A stretch of DNA of 64,000 nucleotides from Heteronotia binoei (Eukaryota). The stretch is from positions 29,016,001 through 29,080,000 of the forward strand of contig NC_083234.1 in NCBI RefSeq assembly GCF_032191835.1, given 5' to 3'. Of the stretch, positions 1 through 7,884 are shown in pieces (positions within the stretch are counted from its first letter, which is position 1; the number at the start of each line of letters is the position of its first letter). The notes under the pieces are model-generated. The model was not told the DNA's origin. It did no database searches and saw only the letters and a list, made by a program, of their open reading frames with translations. Made by a program: the position numbers and the translations under genes.

Positions 1-164
1 TTGTGAGCAAATATTCCTACTTTGTGAGCTACCGGCATTAAAGTTGTGAGCTACTGCATAAATTAGTTCGCTTTGGGGCCATTTTTATTGAGCTAAGACA
101 AAGTGTGAGCCAGAGGCTAAAAAACTGAGCTAGCTCACACTAACTCTGCTTAGAGGGAACACTG
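1..164 (-). mobile_element. Non-autonomous hAT-like MITE (family A), truncated by the window start
   Basis: Ends in CTTAGAGGGAACACTG, the reverse complement of the TIR CAGTGTTCCCTCTAAG. Body matches copies at 36578, 45861 and 63195. Confidence 0.8.
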
Positions 165-1663
165 CTCCAGGCCGCCAGTAGGGATCAGTCACCAGAGGTT
201 GACATGTCTCCAAGGTGTACACACACACTAAAATATACAAAAATACCCCCAAAAAGTCTTTAGAAAGTGGGTGGGACCAGGTAGGCCTTTTGTCCAGCAG
301 GGCTTCTGATTGGCTGTGCAGCTTTTAAAAAACTATTTTAGCAGCAGCTGCCATCACAGCACAAGGATCTTCACTGTGTCTGAAGGTGTGCTGTGCATAT
401 GCACAAAAATATTTTAAAAACATCTTTACATTTCAAAGGCATCCGGTTAAATGGAGCTTCTGCCTGAGAAGACTTACCATTGGAATTATGCATAATCTCC
501 CTGACATTTTGTGGTTGGCTCCATCACCTGTGGCAGCCATTTTGTGGTTGTGCCTATCACCCTGTGTCAGAAAATTGGGGACCCCAGCCTTAAGGTCTCA
601 GCTTGTCCTGAAAGTGAGAGGGTTCAAAGGGGAAGCTGGATTTTCAGGAGATCCAACAGCCTCACAAACAGGAAATTCCCAGTACCTCTACCCTGGAAAC
701 TAGTTTACCATGATATTGCAGACTTTCCTAAAGATCTGGGGGAAGCTTCAGATTATAGTGATTCAGGCCCGATCCAAATTCGGTTATTTCAGGAGAGCTC
801 CTTCCAAACAGACAGGTGAATGCTTCCCATCACAAATATTTTTCAGAGACATTTTTTTGTACAGTTTGATTAATCCTAAATTGAGGGGGGCGGGGTTGTG
901 CTTGATCATTGTCCAGGAAAAAACAAACACAGAGATGATTTACCTAGTTTTAAGAGTTCAGTTCTAAGAGATCCTCTTTAAATGGACAGATTGATGATGA
1001 AAAGTTGCTAAACAGCATTTCGGAGGGAGTGCATCCCCAAAAGGAGGTGTCTGATATGTATTAGTCTTGCATGCTTCTGTGTCCAGTATGTTTTTTGAAA
1101 CCTCTCCCACTGGAAGGTGTGTGTGCGCGTTCTGGAGAAGCAGAGCCCACTGTGAGGCCAACTATTATTTCCTTCGGGTGAAGAGCCTAGGAGGCTAATG
1201 AAAAAGGCACATGAAAGGGCCAGTCTCACCTGTTTGCAATTATTGCTCTAGTAAAGCATTTTTTGTCCATTAGGGCCTAATTCAGGCAGCGTAAGAGTGA
1301 AAGCCACCCACCTTCAAAGCACCAGGCCCAGCCTGTGCATTTATTCTGTTTTCTTCACAGCTCACAAAAATGAAGAACAGAACAGAGCTGCTTCTCAGTA
1401 CATATAAGCAGTGGAGCCCAACTAATATTTCTCTTCACCTCCTGTTCTCTAGCAACCTCCATATGAACAATGTTTTCACGGTGGGGTGGAGGAGGGGGTA
1501 TTGTCAAATAAGCCACGCCCTGTAATAACTTTTCAGAAAAATATTCAATGCTGCTTTTTCATAGAATTATGCTCAAGGTCTCACAGCACAAGCACAACCC
1601 CACTTCCCCAAATAAAGCCATAGAGACAATACTAAATATTAATGTAAAAAAAATATTAAGTCG

Positions 1664-2006
1664 AAAAGAGCAGGAGTCCAGTAGCACCTTAAAGACTAGC
1701 AGCATTTTGGGCAGGGGATGACCTAGCAAGCAACATGAGCCTGCTTCGGCGGGGAAGATATAAATCCAATAAACATAAACTTTTGTGAGTCACTGCTCAC
1801 TTCTTCAGATACAGCTAGAACGTAAGTCCATTAGTCCTATCTATTGGAAAGTGGAGTGATTTCAGATGCCAAATGGCATGAGCAGGCAAATGACAAAAAA
1901 AAAAAAATTAAGGGCAGGGATAAATATGATAGTTCAAAGCCCTTATGAAATACAAAAGTCTTTAATTGGTGTCTAGAGGCCCACAGTAAAGGGTCAAAGT
2001 TTATGG
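1664..2006. mobile_element. Probable Penelope-like element remnant directly upstream of the DIRS element
   Basis: GAGCAGGAGTCCAGTAGCACCTTAAAGACTA and TTGTGAGTCACTGCTCACTTCTTCAGATAC resemble reptile Penelope terminal motifs recalled from memory. A short L2-type tail is embedded near 1735-1780. Confidence 0.45.
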
Positions 2007-2188
2007 ATCTTCTTCGTGGTCTCTGTGCATTCACACATATGGGTATTCCTCCAGAATGGCCCTGACCTCGGAGAGTTCAAAGCAATCTTGATCGTAGATC
2101 TGGCGCGCCTCCCCCTCGTCCTGGGGCGGAGCCACCGTTTGCGCATGCGCGGACGAGGGGGGAGGCGTCTAGCCACTCAGTTTCTTCC
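2007..2188. repeat. DIRS left inverted terminal repeat
   Basis: 2031-2188 is the reverse complement of 7885-8042 with no mismatch seen by eye. 2007-2044 is complementary to ICR 7725-7762. Confidence 0.95.
2106..2167. promoter_or_regulatory. Candidate ITR promoter: hairpin enclosing a GC box and an NRF1-type palindrome
   Basis: CGCCTCCCCCTCGTCC (2106-2121) pairs with GGACGAGGGGGGAGGCG (2151-2167). The loop holds GGGGCGGAG (2123-2131) and TGCGCATGCGCG (2140-2151). Function is inferred. Confidence 0.5.
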
Positions 2189-2378
2189 TTACCGCTGACC
2201 CGATCGCACCTACCTCGTTGATCTCCAACTTCCTCATTGCAATCTTCAGCAAACTACCTCTTTCTTCAAACCTACTTCAGTCTTTCATCTTCACCGGGTA
2301 TCGTATAAAAAAAAAAAAAAAAACCCTTCCTCACTATCTTTCGGACTTTCTCCCTCACCCCCCCCCCCCCGGGAGCGG

Positions 2379-4712
2379 ATGGAAGGAAGGGACAAGGTCA
2401 CTTTCAAACGCTGCACGCGCTGCTCTGCCAAGATCCCATCGTCTGACGGGCACTCCCTCTGCCTTTTCTGCCTCGGGGAGACCCACCGCACGGATTCCTG
2501 CGTCCACTGTAGCCAGTTCGGCAAACAGGCCCGCAAGAATCGCGCCGCGAGACTCCGGAGCCATCTAATGGAAGCCTCCCTCCGACCGCATGGCGCGCAA
2601 CACCAGCCTCCGCCATCTTCCCCACTCCACGTGGGAACGGCGCAGCCGGCAGCTTCCGTGGCTCAAGGTCCCTGCAAGCCTAAGTCCGGCAAACATACCA
2701 CAAAGTCGGACGGCACCAAGAAGCGTCACCGCTCCGAGTCCGCCCACGTGGATCCGACGAGCACCGCCAGCATAAAGAAAACCAAGTCTGCGCATCGACC
2801 CTCCGACCAATCTGGGCAACCCACGAGCTCGAACCCGGCCACGAGCTCGACCGCAGTAAGATCGACATCGAACCCGACCACGAGTTCCGCCTCGGCTCCA
2901 AAGACACCAACAGTGAAATCGACGCCGACGCCGAACATCACACCATTGGAGATTGTGCGCATCTCCTCCAAGTCGCCGTCAATCACGACCTCTCCACCCG
3001 ACCAAATACTCGAGGTCCACTCCCCTGCAAAGAGCCACCAACCACTCGACCCCCGCGCCTTCATAGATCTCTCTAAGCCGCTGGAAGCCCAATCCCTGAC
3101 CAGGGAACCTTCAACTCCGAGAGTCCTTTTACCACGGCAACCCACACCAAGAGCTCACAGCCGCCAACGCTCACGCAGTCGCCGACGCTCCCGCAGCCAC
3201 CGTAGGCAACGTTCCCGTAGCCGCCGTAGGGACAGCCGCCAACGTTCCCGCAGCCGCCGCAGTCACCGTTCCCACAGCCGCCGTAGAGAGAGATACTCCT
3301 ACTACTCCCCGTCGAGATCTAGATCTCGCTCTCCCCGGACCCGACGAGGGCACCGACGATCCCCCTCTCACGACCGCTACCGCTCGGATTCGAGAGGGCG
3401 CCACTACCACAGCTACCATGACTCCCCTCGGTACCGAGACCGCGCGGACAGACACGATCGAACCCGACACTACGAAGCGTCCCCGCGCACACACCACCTC
3501 GACTACGACACACTCGCTCAGCTCCATGACGAACGCAGTCGCCTCGACCTCGAGCCGAAACTGCCCTCACCACCGGGCTCCATACACACTGCGACAAACA
3601 AACAGCTGCCACCTGTAGAAACCCAACCAGACCTACAGCACGGATCCGACGACGACTCCGAAGCCGAACTCTCCGAATCTGACCGCTCCTCGGGGTCGGA
3701 CCTACAATCCCCGGCTTCCGACATAGCTAAACCGGCGGACCTGTCTCCATCAGAGGGTCCGAAATCCTACCTTGACTTAGTCTCCAATATGGCGAACTCG
3801 CTGAATCTGAAGCTTAACACAGACGCACCCAGGGTCTCGGACGTCGTCTTTGACCTCGTACATTCAGACCTCCCAGCAAGCTCCTCTCTCCCTATGCTTC
3901 CCGTCCTCCTCGAGACACTCAAGGAAGCCTGGGACAAGCCGGCATCGGTACCTCCAACCTCCAAAAGAGTCGAAGCCCTTTACAAGATCCACGCACCCGA
4001 TGCAAAGTTCTTGTTCACCCACCCGGCTCCCAACTCCATAATAGTTCACTCCTCCTCGAAATCGAAACAGACGAGACACCCGGTACCCCCGGAAAGAGAG
4101 GGCAAGAAGCTCGATACTATAGGGCGAAAGATATACTCGCTCACTACAGCTGCAACAAAGATACAAAACTACACGGCATGCTTCTCAGCATATGCATACA
4201 ACCTAACCACCTATCTCAACACCCTGATACCCTCCTTACCCGAGGAATCACAAAAACCAGCCTCTAACGCCCTACAGGAATTAGCAAGACTGAGCAAGCA
4301 GCAGATTAACACAGCTCGCCATGCTGCACAGTGCTCCTCCAAAGCCTTGGCCTCAGCGATAGCCTTACGCAGACATGCGTGGCTTAGGTCCTCGTCACTC
4401 CAACCGGACATTAAATATAAGATTGAGGACTTACCCTTCGACGGCCTTGGACTGTTTAACGCAGCCACAGACGACATCCTCACATCAGTCGATGACGGCA
4501 GGAAACGGGCGAAACGCTTGGGGGTCTCCCAACACCAACCCCAGTTCAACAGGCAGAGGAACTGGAAGTCCACCTACCATAAGGGTACCAAGTCCCCCAG
4601 ACAGCAAACCTCATGGAGACGGAAAACCCCCCAGTCCAAGCTGTCATCCCAATACAGACCACGCACGCAAACTTCCAAAAAGACCGCAGCTACCTCAAAA
4701 CCGTCTCTTTGA
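2379..4712 (+). CDS. DIRS ORF1, Gag-like protein (777 aa)
   Basis: N-terminal C-x2-C-x9-H-x2-C-x2-C-x4-H-x4-C-x2-C cluster, an S/T/P-rich linker, an RS-rich block, and a C-terminal helical region (KKLDTIGRKIY...LRRHAWLRSS...IEDLPFDGLGLF) typical of DIRS Gag / LAP2alpha-like domains. Confidence 0.9.
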   Translation: MEGRDKVTFKRCTRCSAKIPSSDGHSLCLFCLGETHRTDSCVHCSQFGKQARKNRAARLRSHLMEASLRPHGAQHQPPPSSPLHVGTAQPAASVAQGPCKPKSGKHTTKSDGTKKRHRSESAHVDPTSTASIKKTKSAHRPSDQSGQPTSSNPATSSTAVRSTSNPTTSSASAPKTPTVKSTPTPNITPLEIVRISSKSPSITTSPPDQILEVHSPAKSHQPLDPRAFIDLSKPLEAQSLTREPSTPRVLLPRQPTPRAHSRQRSRSRRRSRSHRRQRSRSRRRDSRQRSRSRRSHRSHSRRRERYSYYSPSRSRSRSPRTRRGHRRSPSHDRYRSDSRGRHYHSYHDSPRYRDRADRHDRTRHYEASPRTHHLDYDTLAQLHDERSRLDLEPKLPSPPGSIHTATNKQLPPVETQPDLQHGSDDDSEAELSESDRSSGSDLQSPASDIAKPADLSPSEGPKSYLDLVSNMANSLNLKLNTDAPRVSDVVFDLVHSDLPASSSLPMLPVLLETLKEAWDKPASVPPTSKRVEALYKIHAPDAKFLFTHPAPNSIIVHSSSKSKQTRHPVPPEREGKKLDTIGRKIYSLTTAATKIQNYTACFSAYAYNLTTYLNTLIPSLPEESQKPASNALQELARLSKQQINTARHAAQCSSKALASAIALRRHAWLRSSSLQPDIKYKIEDLPFDGLGLFNAATDDILTSVDDGRKRAKRLGVSQHQPQFNRQRNWKSTYHKGTKSPRQQTSWRRKTPQSKLSSQYRPRTQTSKKTAATSKPSL

Positions 4713-6615
4713 CCACCCTGCCACGAGACGTCCAGTTTCCCTCCTTCAGCCAAACCCCCACACCCGTCTACAACAGTTTTACTCCGCCTGGAGAGACATA
4801 ACATCGGACGCTTGGGTCCTCACCATCATACAGAGAGGATACCTAATAGAATTCACATCCACCCCGAAACATCACAGATTTCTTACCACCCCATCGTCCG
4901 CACCGCTACAGACAGAAATCGCGTCCCTGCTAGACAAGAACGCGATAGAACCAGTCCCACCCCAATACCATCGCACCGGGTTCTATTCCCGCTACTTCCT
5001 GGTGCCGAAAAGGGACGGAGGTCTCCGCCCGATCCTCGACCTTCGCAAACTAAACCTCCACATCACCTACAAGAAATTCCGTATGATCACACTCCAGGCA
5101 ATCCTTCCGCTTATCCCAGAACGCTCCTGGATGGCATCCATAGATCTACAGGACGCCTACTTCCACATCACAATCAACCACCATCACAGAAGATTTCTCA
5201 GATTCGCCGTCGGGGAGCAACACTTCCAGTTCCGCTCTCTCCCATTCGGCCTATCGACGGCCCCGAGAGTCTTCACCAAATGCATGGCAGTGGTTGCCGC
5301 ATCATTACGACAACGGAGCATATCAATATACCCATATATAGACGACTGGCTGATCGTCGCCCATTCAAGGGAACAACTCCAACTGGACGTCTCCACTACC
5401 CTCTCCCTCTTGGCCACTCTCGGCCTCCAGGTCAACTTATCAAAATCCAAACTAACCCCCACTCAGAGAATTCAGTTCATAGGAGCAGACATCTCCACAA
5501 TCTCCCAAACAGCCTCTCTACCGCACGACAGAGTACTCAGCATACAATCTCTGGCCAACACCATCATTGCCCGGCGCTCCCAGACAGCCCTAACGTTTCA
5601 AAGGATGCTAGGCCTAATGGCAGCAACCACCGCAGTCCTATGCTTCGCAAAACTTCACATACGACCCCTGCAGATGTGGTTCGTCAGGACCTTTCATCCT
5701 CACACACAGCACCAATCCACACTCCTGACCCTCCCATCGCACATCGTAACATCCCTCAAATGGTGGACGATGGAACATCACCTCCGCACGGGCATGCCCT
5801 TCAAACAAGCCCCTCCCTCAGTGATCGTCACCACGGACGCCTCCAGGTGGGGATGGGGAGCCCACTTAGGAACCCTCACAGTCCAAGGCCAATGGTCGGA
5901 CTACGAGCGGTCCCTCCACATCAACTGCCTAGAGCTCCTTGCAGTACACAAAGCGCTGAGATCCTTTCTCCCATCGCTACGGAATCAGCACGTCCAGGTC
6001 ACTTCCGACAACATCGCCACGGTCTTCTACATCAACAGACAGGGAGGCACCGCCTCCATCAGACTCTGCAAGAGGGCCCTGGCATTGTGGCATTGGAGCA
6101 TCACCCAGGGCATCTTCCTCACGGCCGTTCACCTACCAGGGACCGAGAATACCCAGGCGGATGCCCTGAGCCGCCACTCGACCAACAACCACGAGTGGTC
6201 TATCAGCACTCAATACATCCAACAAATCTTCAAAACCTTCGGAACCCCGAGCATAGATGTATTTGCCTCACCATCAAATGCCCAGTGCACCCACTTCTAC
6301 ATGAGAGGTCCACCATCCCAGCTCTCCAGAGGGGATGCATTCCTCCAAACCTGGAAGGGAAAACTACACTACCTGTTTCCCCCCATCCCACTCATCACAA
6401 GGGTCCTGCAGAAAATCCAAACAGACCGCACGAACTGCATCCTCATAACCCCATGGTGGCCACGCCAACCCTGGTTCACCACCCTCCTGTCTCTGTCCAA
6501 CGGGACATTCCTAATCCTCCCACAAGCACAGGACCTCCTCTCCCAACAAGACGGGAAGGTCCTACACCACAACCCGGCATCCCTCAAATTGACGGCCTGG
6601 AGAATCAGTTTTTAG
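4375..6615 (+). CDS. DIRS ORF2: reverse transcriptase, RNase H and DNA adenine methyltransferase-like domain (746 aa from first ATG)
   Basis: RT motifs RPILDLRKLN, IDLQDAYFHI, LPFGLSTAPRVFTK and YIDD (5335-5346). RNase H motifs TTDASRWGWG, INCLELLAV, SDN and NTQADALSR. MT motifs IDVFAS and YLFPP. The true translation start is uncertain. Confidence 0.96.
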   Translation: MRGLGPRHSNRTLNIRLRTYPSTALDCLTQPQTTSSHQSMTAGNGRNAWGSPNTNPSSTGRGTGSPPTIRVPSPPDSKPHGDGKPPSPSCHPNTDHARKLPKRPQLPQNRLFDHPATRRPVSLLQPNPHTRLQQFYSAWRDITSDAWVLTIIQRGYLIEFTSTPKHHRFLTTPSSAPLQTEIASLLDKNAIEPVPPQYHRTGFYSRYFLVPKRDGGLRPILDLRKLNLHITYKKFRMITLQAILPLIPERSWMASIDLQDAYFHITINHHHRRFLRFAVGEQHFQFRSLPFGLSTAPRVFTKCMAVVAASLRQRSISIYPYIDDWLIVAHSREQLQLDVSTTLSLLATLGLQVNLSKSKLTPTQRIQFIGADISTISQTASLPHDRVLSIQSLANTIIARRSQTALTFQRMLGLMAATTAVLCFAKLHIRPLQMWFVRTFHPHTQHQSTLLTLPSHIVTSLKWWTMEHHLRTGMPFKQAPPSVIVTTDASRWGWGAHLGTLTVQGQWSDYERSLHINCLELLAVHKALRSFLPSLRNQHVQVTSDNIATVFYINRQGGTASIRLCKRALALWHWSITQGIFLTAVHLPGTENTQADALSRHSTNNHEWSISTQYIQQIFKTFGTPSIDVFASPSNAQCTHFYMRGPPSQLSRGDAFLQTWKGKLHYLFPPIPLITRVLQKIQTDRTNCILITPWWPRQPWFTTLLSLSNGTFLILPQAQDLLSQQDGKVLHHNPASLKLTAWRISF

Positions 6616-7631
6616 ACTTTCCCCCGGACGTTCGCCAAGTCCTAGTGAACTCTAGAAAACCATCCACTAGGAAAGCCTATCTACTAAAATGGAAGCGCTT
6701 CACCCACTACGCCTCTCAACACAACTTTGACCCTAACTGCGCTACCATCTCTCAGGTATTAACTTATACCTTAGCACTCTCAAGAACAGGCCTCTCATAC
6801 TCCTCCCTGAAGGTACACCTCGCAGCTATCTCTGCCTTCCACCCCCACATCGGGGGAACAACAGTCTTCTCTCATCATGCCACGAAGGCCTTCCTCAAGG
6901 GCATCATTCGCCTACACCCTCCTGTCAGACAAATCCTTCCAACCTGGAGCCTCTCTCTAGTGCTCAGCCAGCTCATGAAACCACCCTTTGAGCCCATGGC
7001 ATCTATTCCACTGCACCTGCTATCGTGGAAAACAGCACTACTCACGGCTCTCACCACAGGCAAGAGGGCTAGCGACATCTGTGCCCTGAGGGCGGACCCA
7101 CCCTACACAATCTTTCACAGTAACAGGGTGGTCCTTCGCCCCGACCCGACCTTCCTACCAAAGGTCGTCTCTCCATTCCACCTAGGGAAACAGTCAACCA
7201 TACCAGCCTTTTTCCAGCACCCCTCGGACGCAGGCCAGAGGGCTCTCCACAACTTGGACGCGCGCAGAGCGCTAGCTTTCTACATAGACAGAACTCGAGA
7301 ATTCCGTAAGGATCCGAGACTCTTTGTCACCTACGCCACCCATAATAAGGGCAGCAAAATATCTACTCAGAGGCTCTCTAAGTGGCTCGTTGCCACCATA
7401 GAACTCTGCTACCAACTGGCGAAACAACCAGTCCCGCAACACATACGAGCTCATTCTACTAGAGCCGTCGCCACCTCGTCAGCTTTCACGAAGGGCATCC
7501 CTATTGAGGACATCTGCGATGCAGCGGTCTGGTCCTCCACGTCTACCTTCGCCTCGCACTACGCTCTTGACGTTCGTGCCCGGCGTGATGCCTCCTTCGG
7601 ACAGGCTGTACTTCGCTCCATCTTCGACTGA
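4812..7631 (+). CDS. DIRS ORF3, tyrosine recombinase (recognisable domain from about 6616; frame open from 4713)
   Basis: Catalytic residues R (TGKRASD, 7065), HxxR (HSTR, 7452-7463), W (AAVWS) and Y (ASHY, 7560). Core-binding region STRKAYLLKWKRF. The N-terminal two thirds overlap ORF2. Confidence 0.94.
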   Translation: MGPHHHTERIPNRIHIHPETSQISYHPIVRTATDRNRVPARQERDRTSPTPIPSHRVLFPLLPGAEKGRRSPPDPRPSQTKPPHHLQEIPYDHTPGNPSAYPRTLLDGIHRSTGRLLPHHNQPPSQKISQIRRRGATLPVPLSPIRPIDGPESLHQMHGSGCRIITTTEHINIPIYRRLADRRPFKGTTPTGRLHYPLPLGHSRPPGQLIKIQTNPHSENSVHRSRHLHNLPNSLSTARQSTQHTISGQHHHCPALPDSPNVSKDARPNGSNHRSPMLRKTSHTTPADVVRQDLSSSHTAPIHTPDPPIAHRNIPQMVDDGTSPPHGHALQTSPSLSDRHHGRLQVGMGSPLRNPHSPRPMVGLRAVPPHQLPRAPCSTQSAEILSPIATESARPGHFRQHRHGLLHQQTGRHRLHQTLQEGPGIVALEHHPGHLPHGRSPTRDREYPGGCPEPPLDQQPRVVYQHSIHPTNLQNLRNPEHRCICLTIKCPVHPLLHERSTIPALQRGCIPPNLEGKTTLPVSPHPTHHKGPAENPNRPHELHPHNPMVATPTLVHHPPVSVQRDIPNPPTSTGPPLPTRREGPTPQPGIPQIDGLENQFLDFPPDVRQVLVNSRKPSTRKAYLLKWKRFTHYASQHNFDPNCATISQVLTYTLALSRTGLSYSSLKVHLAAISAFHPHIGGTTVFSHHATKAFLKGIIRLHPPVRQILPTWSLSLVLSQLMKPPFEPMASIPLHLLSWKTALLTALTTGKRASDICALRADPPYTIFHSNRVVLRPDPTFLPKVVSPFHLGKQSTIPAFFQHPSDAGQRALHNLDARRALAFYIDRTREFRKDPRLFVTYATHNKGSKISTQRLSKWLVATIELCYQLAKQPVPQHIRAHSTRAVATSSAFTKGIPIEDICDAAVWSSTSTFASHYALDVRARRDASFGQAVLRSIFD

Positions 7632-7724
7632 CCACCGTAAGTACCACTCTCATTACATTCTGGTCTAACCTTGCATACTTTTTACAGATCCAGCACCCGC
7701 CTCCGAAGGGATAGCTCGCTAATC

Positions 7725-7820
7725 ACCCATATGTGTGAATGCACAGAGACCACGAAGAAGATGGACAGGTTTCTTACCTGTAACTGGTGATCTTCGAGTG
7801 GTCATCTGTGCAATCACACA
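7725..7820. repeat. DIRS internal complementary region (ICR)
   Basis: 7725-7762 is the reverse complement of 2007-2044 (left end). 7763-7820 is the reverse complement of 8036-8093 (right end). Confidence 0.95.
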
Positions 7821-7884
7821 GACCCACCCAGCCTTCCCCGCTGCTGGACACTCACCTAGCACGTCTTCCACCTGTCCGGTGGCG

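Noticed and set aside
1994-2198. Identical short ORFs at both ends of the DIRS element (1994-2198 and 7719-8082)
   Set aside because: They are translations of the inverted terminal repeats, not genes.
2218-3964. Many antisense and alternative-frame ORFs over DIRS ORF1
   Set aside because: Expected shadows of a GC-rich, low-complexity coding region. No recognisable motifs.
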